From the human T2T-CHM13v2.0 reference genome, Homo sapiens, in NCBI RefSeq assembly GCF_009914755.1, contig NC_060936.1: DNA of 64,000 bases; one strand, 5' to 3'. Numbering within the stretch: the first letter of the stretch is position 1; every line of letters starts with the position of its first letter. Below the pieces are notes generated by a model that was not told the origin of the DNA, made no database searches, and was given only the letters and a program-made list of their open reading frames with translations. Positions 46,323 to 59,125 of the stretch are shown one piece after another. Made by a program: the position numbers and the translations under genes.

Positions 46323-48914
46323 AGTATTGATAATGATAGATTCTGTATAGTAAAATGAATGACTGAAATGATACAAAGACAGGAGGGAGAAATTAGGAAT
46401 ACCTGGTTATTATAAGGTACTTGCACCATAGATGTTGTGGTATAATTTCTTTTGAAACCAGATTTGGCTTCTCTGTAAATGTATATTTACAAACTCTAAG
46501 GCAACCACTGAAAAAAGTAAAAAAAAAAAAAAAATTGATATGCTAATAAAGGAGAAAAAATGAAATCATATAAAATGCTCAATTAAAACCAAAAACGACA
46601 GAAAAAGAGCAAAAGAAAAAAAAAGAACAAATAACAAGGGCAATGAATAGAAAATGGTAACAAATATGGTAGATATTAATCCAACTATATCAATAATCAC
46701 ATTAAACATCAGTGGTTAAAATTGGATCAAAAGACCTACTTATATGTTGCTATGAAAAACTACTTTAAATGTAAAACATACAATAAAAGTAAAACAATGG
46801 ACAAAGAGATACCTTGTTATTACTCATCAAAAGAAAGTGTAAGTAACTATACTAATTTCAGTGAAGTCTTCAGAGCAAGGAAAATTATCAAGGATAAAGA
46901 TAGGCATTACTTCTTTAGTGATAAAGAGGTCAATACTCCAAGAAGACATAGCAATCCTTAATGTACCTGCACCTAGCAGCAAAGTGTCAAAATATGTAAG
47001 GCAAAACTGATAGAGCTTCAGAAAGAAACAGATTAATACATTATTATTGCTGGAGACTTAAACACCCTTCTATCAGAAATGGACAGATCCAGCAGCAGAT
47101 AATCAGTAAGGGCGTTGTTGAACTCAACAACACAATCGATCAAATAGATATAATTTACATGTATAAACTACTCTATTAAACAGGGTCAGGTTGCACATGC
47201 TTCTCAAGCTTACCTGGAATATTTACTTTGATGAACCACATCATGGGGCATAACAACTTAACAAACTTCAAAGAATCAAAACCTACAGTATCTTCTCTCC
47301 AACCACAGTGGGATTAAACTAGAAATCAATAACAGAAAGACAGCCGGAAAATCACAAAACACTTAGAGATTAAACAACCCACTTCTAATAACATATGGAG
47401 CAAAGAAGAAATCTCTAAGGAAGTTCTAAAATATTTTTAATTAAATGAAAATAAAAATACAACTTATCAAAATTTGTAAGATGCAGCAAAAGTACTGGTT
47501 AGAGGGAAATTTGTAGCAGTGAATCCATACATTAGAAAAGAAGAAAGATCTAAAGTCAATAATATAAGCACCAACCTTAAAAACTAGAAAAAGAAGAGCA
47601 ATTAAACCCAGAATAAGCAGAAGAAAAGAATAAAATATTAGCAGAAATCAATGACATTGAAAACAGGATATCAATAGGAAAAAAAATCACAAAACCAAAA
47701 GCTGGTTCTTTGAAAATATTATTGAAACAGTAGGCCTGTAGCCAGGCTAACTAAGGGAAAAAAAGAAAAGACAAAATTACTAATATAAGAAATGAAAGAG
47801 GAATATGACTGCAGATTCCATGGACATTAAAAGGATAATAAAAGAATACCATGAACAGTCCTATGCCCATAAATTTTATAACCTAGAAAAAAATAGATCA
47901 ATTCCTTGAAAGACACAATATGCCAAAACTTACACAAGAAGACACTGACCATCTGAATAGGCCTATATATATGAAATAAATTGAATCAATAATTAACAAC
48001 CTTCCAAAGTGGAAAACACAGGGTCAAAATAGGTTCACTGGTGAATTCTACCCAGTATTTAAGGAAAGGATTGTACCAACTGCTGTGGGGTTTGCAGCTT
48101 TTCCCTTAGGTCCTTCTATATTGTTAACATTTCTAATTAATTGTGGGAAATGGATTGTAAAGTATATGTCTGAATCAACACTACTTTCTTGCTATATTGT
48201 CATCATTCCCCTGTTTGGGGGACTTTTCTAAAAAAAAATAAAACTTAAATGAGTTAACAGGAAAGTGTCCATTTCTTGATGCTTTTATCCTCTTGTGGTA
48301 AGCAGTCTCTTGATTTTTGACATTCTTGTTATCTGATTTACTCTTCTCAAACCATATCATAACTTAATGGAATAAAGAAATTAATTCATTTGAAATTCTT
48401 CACATTATTCACTAATAACTTCCAGTATAGAGGATTAGGTTAATTTTTTTCTTCCTTACTGTTCAGTTCATCAGATTTTGCAATCATTTGTGCACTTTTT
48501 TTGAAACACGACATCTCTCTTCAGATCATATTTTTTAAACATTTCAGTGACAGGATTACCATGTTTAAACTTTCCTATTAAATTTCAGAAGTATAAAATC
48601 TCTGCCAGCTTATTAGTATGCTTCTTTGTAAAGTATTCAATTAATCTTGACATTTTCTTTGCTTCATTTAAAAAAAACTCTTGTTGGCAGATTAAGCTAA
48701 TATTAATAACTGCTTATTTTCAAGCAAAGTTATGAAACCCTATTTCAAATATTCAACTAACTATTGTCAACCTTTTTCTTCATTTTTGACATTTTGAAGC
48801 TGCCTTCTTATAAAACGGGCTACTAGTTACTTCTTTGGGTTCCCTGCAAGCATCTCGGTCCCTGACATACAAAAAAAAAAAACCCTCATAATCTTGCCCC
48901 TAAAATAAAGTCAT

Positions 48915-49860
48915 CCTACAAATATTTATTGAACTCCTGTTACGTGGCAGGCACTGTGTTAGATGCAAGGGATACAGGGTGAACACAATCAGACAGACTT
49001 TTTCCTCAAGAAGTTGGAAGTCAAGTGAGAAAGGCACACAGATAAAATAAACACGATAACGAATTACAAACTGATATAAACTGTGTGAAGCAAAGGGACC
49101 AGCTCTTTGTTGTAAAGGAATTTACTTTTTATTGGAGGATCATGATTTCCTAAGAGTCATACTTGAAATAAGATCTAAGAGATTACAGTTAACTGAACAA
49201 ATGGAAGACATACCATATGCAAAGATTCTGTGAATCTGAACAAAAGTACATGAGGGGCTTGGGTATAGAGATCCCCCAAAGCCATTTGTCTTTGTTGGGA
49301 GAACCATGAAAATCCTCCGGATTGTTCTAAGCACGTGATTGGAATACAATTTTACTTGGAAAATGTCACTCTGGGGAACAGTTTGGAAGGTGGATTAGAG
49401 GACATGAGAGAAAATCGAAGGGTGGTTTATGGCAGAAGCCCAGGTCAGAGATGATGGTATGTAGTAACAGTAGAGATGAAGGAAGCTTGAGAAAAGTGAG
49501 ATTCTAGACTTCTTCTTCCTCCTTCCTATCCTGGCACTACATGAATCCAATTAACCAGGCACAAATCCACGAGATTCTTCTTCTTTACTCCCACATCTCA
49601 ACAGTCCTTTAAAGAGTCCTTTCTGTCTCACATCCACAGGTTTCCTCTTCATTTTCGGGGTTGCTGCCCTACTTCATACCCTTAGAACGTCCCACCTAGA
49701 TTATTCTCACAGCCTCCTATGAGTATTCCTGTGTACAATATCTGTCTCCTTCAATCCATTACCACCAGAGTAACTTGTCACAGCCATCTTTAGAAGCCTT
49801 TCTTGGCTTCACCATGGAGAATCTAAGTTCAAATTCCTTAACTCAGCAGACAGATTTATT
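48915..49860. mobile_element. L2 fragments in opposite orientations
   Basis: The L2 3' end caaatatttattgaactcctg...gcaggcactgtgttaga is followed by C/T-rich L2 sequence. Confidence 0.65.
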
Positions 49861-50592
49861 ATTATCTGGCCGCTGATTGATTACTCATTCCTCTGTCTGG
49901 AATTCTCTTTCTCTCTCTCTTTCTCTCCTTCATATTTTTATTCCTTACTACTACCTCTCTAAACAGAAATTTAAACATCACCCCTCAGACAGAAAGAAAG
50001 AGAATAACTTTTAGTTTTCTGTTTACCTAAGATAAAGGTAGATGAAAGCAAGTCTAGGATTTTCAACCAAAGTACTTGCAAGAAAACTACTCTTTGACCC
50101 ACTCCTCAAATTTCTTCAAACTGTCTCTTATTGAATTGCACATATAGGCACATCTCTCCTGGGTAACACTGAGTCCATTAGAGGGCTTTTGAGGGCCGGT
50201 AAAGAAACCCCAGCCCAGACATGCTTACCAAGAAGAGTATTTATCATCTCACATAATGAGGAGTCCCAAGTTTGGGCAGACTTGGGGTTAGCTTGCTCTG
50301 ACATCCCCACCACTGTAATCATTCCAAAGATGGATTCCTCTGTGGTCAAAGATGGCTTCCAGTAGCAGTTGGAACCATACACTTGCTAAATCGGCCCAGT
50401 GGGAGTGTGCAGTGGGTTTCTCCTAGTCGTGGTATAGTAACACTTCCTCTCATACAGGCTAAGAGCTAGGTCAGGAGTCTATACCTAGATGAATAACCAC
50501 TGCCAGGGAGATGCTGGATTTTAATTGGTCAAAACTTCTGTTCCTTAACCAGTTCCTGAACCACTACAAAACGGAATAGAATCAACTTAGAT

Positions 50593-50769
50593 CAGTGGTT
50601 CTCAAAGTGTTCTCAAATGCTGCCCTAGTTGCACCAGTGTCATCTGGGAACTTGCTTGAAATGCAAATTCTTGTGAACCAGAAACTCTGAAGGTAGGACC
50701 AGGTGATCTGTGATGTAAGAACCCCGCTAGGTGACTCTGACTGGTGCATTCTAAAATGAGAACCACTGG
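50593..50769. mobile_element. MER5A
   Basis: Terminal inverted repeats cagtggttctcaaagtg ... tgagaaccactg. Confidence 0.85.
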
Positions 50770-52069
50770 CTTAGACTAATCAGGACTCGTTATGGGGTTT
50801 CTCTGAATCACATGGACTATGTAGGGAAGAATGAACTGCTAAACTGCAGTTTGAGAAAAACAGAATGTGTGTTTATGTCTGAGGGTCTTCCCAATTTGAG
50901 ACTACTCCTCTTCAGGTTAAATTGTACTTTAATTTTTTATTGTAATAAGAAACTTCTCAGGACACCAAGAGAAAGAGACCAGCCGGACATTTCTTACATG
51001 TTGGTTATTCCATATCAAATGCAATGCCTAACAATTACTGGATATTACCTACTCTTTTTTCAGCCTTCTGCCTGAAGGTGGGAATCTTTAATTATACTCC
51101 TGTAAACGGAGGGAGTGCTCCCATCCTATATAATACTTTCCTTAAGGCAGAAATGATGGGCTCAGAGAAATCCAGTTACAACCTTTGCCTTATTTGGAAT
51201 ACAAAAGGACAATTTTTTCCTGACCTATTTATAGAAAACTGAATATCAAATAGAGAAAAAAAGCAACAATACTAAGTAAAGGCAGTTTAAGCAAAGGATT
51301 GCAGATGCAATTATTTTCAGTTCAAGCAGCTGGTCATCTAAGAGGAGCACAATAACTTTGACATGTCTTGCCTAAGGAAAATAGTCATATTAATAATCCA
51401 TGAGATAAAAGAATATTATGTAAGGACCTGGAATCTCAGACCTCTTCTAGAGATTCTTCTGTGGTCCTTTAATAGAAATGTGAAATAGAAGAGTCTGCTT
51501 TAATCTAGGGAGATGTTTAAAGTGAATGTGTCAGAAATAGGAAAATGATCTATTATAGTCATTTGTTTACGTTGCTGATATCTGTGTCACTTCCAGGAAG
51601 TGGTAACTCAGTTTCCAGCAGATCCTCATCCTTTGACTTAGCTGCAAATAGCAGTAACCAACTCCACTAGTTCAATCAGAAAAGGAATTTACTGGAGGTT
51701 GTTAGTTGACGTGTTGTACAACTCCTGAATGGCCAGAGAAAGCTTTGGGGGGTAGACAGCCAGGAACAATGCCCAAAATCATACCTCATAACTGGTTGCT
51801 TCTTCCTCCACCAGGCACAGACTCCATGGTTTGCAGCATGGATCCTGACACTCAAACTGCCACTGCTTCCATGAAGAAATGGGCCTTAGCTCTTACCACC
51901 CCTATCAAAGGGATTCAGCGAGGTGCCAATATTTGTGTCACTAGCTTCCAATTCAAAGTCTGTTGCCTGTGGTTTTAATGGGCTGAGTCTAAGTCACCTG
52001 CCAACCTGGCCACATCGGAAGGTGGGGAAATGAGCAACGGACATCTGGAGTGAGATGCGGAATTCATAA

Positions 52070-52498
<429 letters not shown>

Positions 52499-53384
52499 TG
52501 AGTGGAGAAGGCATCAAGGGAAGCCGTTACACTTTATCCAGTTACACACTTGTGGAGGGTCTCTTATTGTCCTAGTGTAAATGACTAAGGCCACACCTTT
52601 ACAGTGCCCTACCCGGATAGCTGCCTTTGCCACCCACTAGAACCGCAGAGATAACATAGGAAAATCTCCATTAAGCAACATTCTTATCAGAAATTTCTAT
52701 TATTCATGGAATAATGGGTGATCAGTCCTAGAGAAACTGTTAGTATATCTTGTCCACATTCTTCAATTTAAATAACTAACTTTTAAAATAGCTTATTTTT
52801 ATTTTATTTATTTTTATTTTTTAGAGACAGGGTCTCATCATGTAAATTTATTTTTAAAGAGGCATCTGTGATATAAAATATTGTGGTATTTAAAATTTGG
52901 AATTTATAATTAAAAAATTACGTGAAGCTGGAGTTTCCTAAGCAACTTATGTGTTTAAGGGAAGAAATACATTATTTTTAAACTAACCTTACTTAATGGG
53001 GACTGTTTTAACCTTAGGCAATGGAGATCAAAGAGTTCACTATCAGAGCTGGTTTCTACCAGCCGTGGGCACTACTGTTCCGAAAAACCACCTTTCTGAA
53101 TACACTGTTTACTTCCATAGGCTGAAAATCTGTCGTATTTTTTATATCTTTTAGCACAAGATGATTTACTGCCATCTGCCTTAAACTTGTAACAAGTATA
53201 AATGTACAATGTCTGAAAGGTGAGTGGTACATTGTTGAGTTGTGCAGTACATGACAGCTCTGAAGACAAGGGATGCTTTACATGTCTGGGTTGTGCAGTG
53301 CAGGAGAGATGCACTCCCTCTCCACGGAAAATCTTTCCTAGAATATATTTTGTTATAAGTCATTAACTACATGGCTATATGCCA

Positions 53385-54080
53385 TATTTGTTAGACTGCT
53401 GTAACAAAGGATCTTACAATTCAGTGGCTCAGAAAAGATAGATGTTATCTCTCTCCCATGTAACATTATCCAGAGCAGGAGTCAACAAAATTGTAACCTG
53501 TAAGCCAAATTTGGTGCCACCCTGTTTCTGTACAGTCCTCAGGGTGAGAATGGTTTTTACATATTGAAATGGTTGTAAAAACAAGGATGTACGACAGGGA
53601 CAATACGTGACCTACAAAGCCTGAATTATTTATTATTTGGCCCTTTACAGAAAAAAACTTTGCTGACCTTCGAAGTTTGATTCCTCCAGGACAGGGAGGA
53701 ATTTCTGTTTCACCAGGCCACACAGGGTCTCAGGTTCCTTCTATCATGTTGTTCTAGCATCAGCCAGATATTGTCCTCATCTGCATTGTGATGGTTGGTT
53801 CATCATCACCACTTCCATATCCCAGTTAGTGCAAAGGGGAAAGAGAAAGTAAAGGGCAAGCACTTCTCTTTTTTTGTTTAAAAAGTAGGACCAGAGATTG
53901 CGTAATTACTTCCACATAAATCTCATGGACAGAGCGATAGCACACAGTCATGGTCAACTACAAGATCAGGTGGGAAATGTAATCTCTGGCTGGGCAGCAA
54001 GTGCTCAGCTAGAATCCCCAGGCTTCTATTACTAAAAGGAAAAGGAGGATTGGTAGGAGAAATTAGACATCTTTGCCACA
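53385..54080. mobile_element. MLT1J-like LTR interrupted by MER58A (53476-53670)
   Basis: MLT1 motifs (ctgctgtaacaaag...cagtggctcag; gggaaatgtaatctctggctgggcagc) surround MER58A (caggagtcaacaaa...ggccctttacagaaaaaaactttgctgacc). Confidence 0.75.
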
Positions 54081-54328
54081 TATACTAGAGTCCTCCTGAT
54101 TCCTTGGTTGGTGCTGAGCTGTCTCAAACAATTAAAATCTCCTCCATCCATGTGGCAGGATAATTCTCACGGAGTGTTTTTTGTCTGTGGGGGATTCCCT
54201 GACAACAATCAACACAAATCTTTCCAAAAAGTAAAAGAAAGAAAAAAAGAAGATAGGAAAGGAAGGTCTAGGGAAAAGGAGGTAGGAATAGCCTGGGATA
54301 TGGCTCTCTTCAGATAAGAAGTGAAGTA

Positions 54329-55590
54329 TTCGGTGACTGCAAAAGTAATTGTGGTTTTTGTATTGTTGGAATGTGCCATTTGATATTGGAATACATTCTT
54401 AAATAAATGTGGTTATGTTATACATCATTTTAATGGGTATTTGTCACTTTTTTTTGCTAATGACTTATTACTTGCTATTTACCTTATGTTTATTTTAGAC
54501 TATGGAACTGATGTCAGATGAAAAGTAAATTCGGTTGATTTTCTTATTCGATTTCAAAATGGATTGTAAAGCAGCAGAGACAACTCACAACATCAACAAT
54601 GCATTTGGCCCAGGAACTGCTAGCAAACATACAGTGCAGTGCTGGTTCAAGAAGTTTTGCAAAGGAGATGAGAGCCTTGAAGATGAGGAATGTAGTGGCC
54701 AGCTATCAGAAGTAGACAATGACAAATTGAGAGCAATCATGGAAGCCCATTCTCTTAATAACTACAGGAGAAGTTGCCGAAGAACTCAACATTGACCATT
54801 CTATGGTCGTTCGGCATTTGAAGCACGCTGGAAAGGTGAAAAAGCTCAAAAAGTGGGTGCCTTGTGAGCTTAGCAAAAATTAACAAATCATTGTTTTGAA
54901 GTGCTGTCTTCTTATTCTACACAACAACAATGAACCATTTTTCAATCAGATTGTGATGTGCATCGAAAAGTGGATTTTATATGACCACTGGTGATGACCA
55001 GCTCAGTACTGGACTGAGAAGAAGCTCCAAAGCACTTTCCAAAGCCAAACTTGCACCAAAAAAAGTCATGGTCACTTTTTGGTGGTCTGCTGCCAGTCTG
55101 ATCCACTACAGCTTTCTGAATCCTGGTGAAACCATTCCATCTGATAAATATGCTCAGCAAATCAATGAGACACACTGAAAACTGTAGTGCCTGCAGCCGG
55201 CATTGGTCAACAGAAAAGGCCCAATTCTTCTCCACGACAATGCCCATCCATATATCACACAACCAATGCTTCAAAAGTTGAACAAATTGGGCTATGAAGT
55301 TTTGCCCCATCTGCCATATTCACCTGACCTCTCACCAACCAACTACCGCTCTTCAAGCATCTCGAAAAGTTTTTGCAGGGAAAACCCTTCCACAAGCAGC
55401 AGAATGTAGAAAATTCTTTCCAAGAGTTTGAAGAATCCCGAAGCACAGATTTTTATGCTACAGGAATAAACGAACTTCTCATGTGTTTATTGTAATGGTT
55501 CCTATTTTTTTGTAATTAATGTGTTTGAGTTTAGTTATCATGATTTAAAATTCATTGTCCAAAACTGCAATTACTTTTGCACCAACCTTG
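54329..55590 (+). mobile_element. Full-length HSMAR1 mariner transposon, transposase decayed
   Basis: TIRs ttcggtgactgcaaaagtaattgtggtttt and aaaactgcaattacttttgcaccaacct, with TA before the left TIR. Transposase peptides KAAETTHNINNAFGPGTA, WFKKFCKGDESLED, LLHDNA and YSPDLSPTNY are present, with stops and frameshifts. Confidence 0.95.
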
Positions 55591-58500
55591 TTTTAGGATC
55601 CTTCAGTTAATAGCCAAAGCAGCTGAAAATTACTAACTTTCTCAGCCACTTCCTGTCTTTCCTGAGGAGGCTTGTAGAAGACACCCCTAGTTGCCTACCT
55701 CTGGTAGAGACTCCCAATTATAAAAACTGCCTAATAGTCCAGTCAGAGGATAACACACATCCTAATCAGGTTCCTGGTACATGCAGGTGAATGCAGTCCT
55801 AACCGAAATTAGGTTTCCTATCACTCAGTTTTTATTTGTTGCATATTTTTCAGTGATGGCGTTAAATTGTTGCCATGAGTGAGGAAGCATGAAAATGTAT
55901 CTATGATCTCTGCACTCCAACTCTCCTGAATAAAACACTGGACAGGGCCAAAACCCTGAGGAGCCTGTCTAATAGGGTAGACAGAGACAGCAGCACTATG
56001 GATGCCTTTAAGGAACAGCGGCATCTCTGAATGCCTGCTGTCCTGAGAGGGTGTGCGAAGTCTTGCGGGCCCAGCAGAACTCTGAAGCAGCTGCATATAC
56101 TGGAGAAGGCTGACACATACAGATTGGGAGACAAGAAAGAGCAGAAGGGATTTCCCGGGGCATCAATAGAGGACTGACAATTTGTTGTAAATTGCAGACC
56201 GATCAGAGTAGAATACTATGCTCCTAGCACCAGCCAGCCCCGACCACTCAGGGTAAATAGAACTATAAGTGTGGGGGTGGGGGGGAAGACAGCACAGCAC
56301 ACTTAAGAAGAACTGAGCAACTGGAGGATGAAGGACAACGCAGAATAATTCCTGGGGGCTCTGGAACATAGACCTGCCAGAGGAGAGCGAAGACAATGAC
56401 TTTCATAAAGAATCATAGTACTTAATGAGATTCTATTCCAACATAGGAAGACTCCAGACAACTGAAAAGTATTGATTTCAAAGTGAAAACAACTACATAG
56501 ATTAATGAGAAAAGAGGATGGTCATTTCTGAGAACTAACTTAAGAGTCTGGAAAAAATAAATGGAAGACATCTTCCATTTATTTTGAACACAGGTGACAA
56601 AAAGGGATAGTATATCTTTTAAAATTCAATTGCAAATACAGAAAACACTGCAGTTGGTTTAAGCAGGAAGGAATTTAGCATAGAAAAGTGGGTGCTTACA
56701 AAATATTTAGGACTAGAGGAGCAAGTGCTAGGTTATCTCCCAGAATTAGTCTATCAAATTAGTGCTTCCACCAGTCAGGATGACGGGGAACTAGGGAGCC
56801 ACTGCCCCTCTCCCCTGTTGACTCCAAGACCAGCAGCTCAGCTGGGTGCCAACAAAAAGACCCGCTTATGCCTGATCTCACAGCACCCACAGCTAGTAAC
56901 CAGCTGGGACACTGTCACTGTTGCCACTGGAAAAAAAAAAAAGCCTGTAAAATTGCGCTGCAGAAACACTGGTTCCTCCTCACTCTACCTCTTGCCTGAA
57001 TTTATATGTTTGGTGGAAGGCAGGTTAAATGTGGGACACAGTTGGAAGCAAGTCTGGGAAATGTGGTCTTTGCTTTTCCTAAATCTAACATACACTAAAG
57101 CATATTAGAAGTGGTTTGGAATCATATTCTCTACCATATATGATATAGACAACATTTGTCACTATTTTTATCTGTTTGGCAGAAACCCCCACAACATGTA
57201 GTACTATATTTCATCAATTCTAGGATGCATACTATTTATTCACAATTAAACATCTCCAAACTTGGGAGATGGCATTTTAAATTCCCCTACTTCAGGGGAT
57301 GTCCAGTCAAACAAAAGGGGAAAATAAATGCTCAATAAATGTTGGCTATTATTATCCTCATCAAGATATTAAAAAATAAAAGGAGAGATTAGTGGCAGCA
57401 TATTTTAAAAGTGGTTAAGCATCTTGCTATTTAACTTAAAAACTGAAAGGATAGACAACTCTTATTTTTGTATACTGACGCTCACACACAGCAATCTGTA
57501 CATTTTATAATTTGTAAATACAATACAAAATTCCAGCCATTAGCATCTGCACAGTAGTTGGCAAATAAAATCCCCAATAACAAAGCAGAAGAATTATCTA
57601 TTATAAGGTTGAAAACAGAATTTGAAATCATTTTGAGTTAAGGTATGGGAAACACTTGGGAAAAGTAGCAAATAGCAGCATGAAACAAGATATTGCTTGT
57701 TGATGATTTTAATTTAAATTTTTATGAAAGACTCCACATCAACTGAGAGTTAAATAATAAATGTGAAGCTGTAAGGTAGAGCTGAATTAATATGAAAAAT
57801 CTTGTAATTATTTCTTAGCAAACTTTTAGAGATTTGGATTTAAAACCAGAAACATATCTTCTAAAAAAAGAAGAGGCTATTCTGTGTGTATGGGGGAACA
57901 GAACATATATTTAATACACAGTGTGGAGTAATCCATTTTAAATCTTACAGGCACTATCTCAACTGCTTTAAGAGTTATTTTAACATTTCTGAATGGGATC
58001 TTTAGGGGTTAACATGTTTCAAAATGTAATTTTTTTAAAGAAGGCTGCCTCTTTTACATATGCTTTTGAATTTCTTCAATCAGATCCACACTAGCTGAGC
58101 CTCCAGCATTTTAAAAGGTAAAATTAGACACTGAACTTTGTATTTTGCACAACCAAACACAGTGCTCAGGACCTCTCATTGGATTTGCAGTTAAGTTTGG
58201 ATATGTCTAATAGGTGCTAAAGCACCCTGGACTTTATCTGAGCACTTACCAAGCTATTATGTAAATGCTGGTTTTATTATCTCACTCTACTCAGAGGGCA
58301 AGTGTCATCTCGGTTTTGTTATTTTTTCACCCCCAATACTTGGCAATGTGTATGCTCATTAAACATCTATTGAATAAGTCAATTATCAAGCTAATGAATT
58401 ATTGAGCTGTAAACCTGCAAAAAAGAAACACTGCAAGAGACTTGAAATTAAAATAGTCTTGAAGTCTCTTTCAGATCTTGGCATGGTACCTTCTTTCAGG

Positions 58501-59079
58501 GAAGGAGGAAAAATTACAAAGGAGCTGAGTTTTGTCCTTATAGGAAAATCTCTTCCTTAAAACTTTTTTCAAAGATTATTTTGCTATGAAACTTAGAACA
58601 TATGCACATACATAAAAGAGGATAGAGAAATATACATACAGTTCAACATGTATGTAGAAGGTGAATGCTTAAGTTTAGGACCCAGGTCAAAAATTACAAC
58701 ATTGCTAGGACCCCAGAAGCACCCTCCCAACCCTCCCAACTCACCTGCTGTGACACCTGCCAGTCACAAGCCACCCCTTCTCTTCTCTAGAAAACAAGGT
58801 CACCACTGTCTTAATGTTTATAGGAATTTTTTTTGTTTTGTTTTATCATCCATGTTCAAATTCCTAAATTACACAGTTGAACTTAATTGCTTTAAGTAGT
58901 GAGTTTCCATGGTTCATCAAGATTAGGTTACTGTTTAAAATCCTCAAGAATATTTCACGTCTAGTAAGCAAAGAAAGGAAGGCATATGGATTGCCAGATA
59001 ACCAAAAATATGTCTTTTCTTCCATCACACAAAAATAAAACAAAGTTTTACAAACACTGGCCATTCTCTTGCAATTTGG

Positions 59080-59125
59080 AAAAAGAACAATACAGTAAAA
59101 ATAATTTCATAGCAACATGTTTATT
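59080..59125 (-). terminator. KIF21A: KIF21A polyadenylation signal and downstream U/GU-rich element
   Basis: tttatt at 59120-59125 is AATAAA on the minus strand; ~20 nt downstream the minus strand reads ttttactgtattgttctttt. Confidence 0.8.

Larger units (their letters stand above)
43955..48080 (+). mobile_element. Old L1M with 5' UTR, ORF1 and 5' part of ORF2; 3' end missing; two Alus inserted
   Basis: ORF1-like peptide in 44913-45137, EN-like DNA (ctccaaccacagtgggattaaactagaaatcaataac), and an abrupt end after ...gaattctacccagtatttaagg. Confidence 0.85.

Noticed and set aside
57450-58150. UTR-like AT-rich sequence as a possible extended KIF21A 3' UTR
   Set aside because: Only variant hexamers (TATAAA/ATTAAA) in AT-rich DNA; cannot be supported without 3'-end data.
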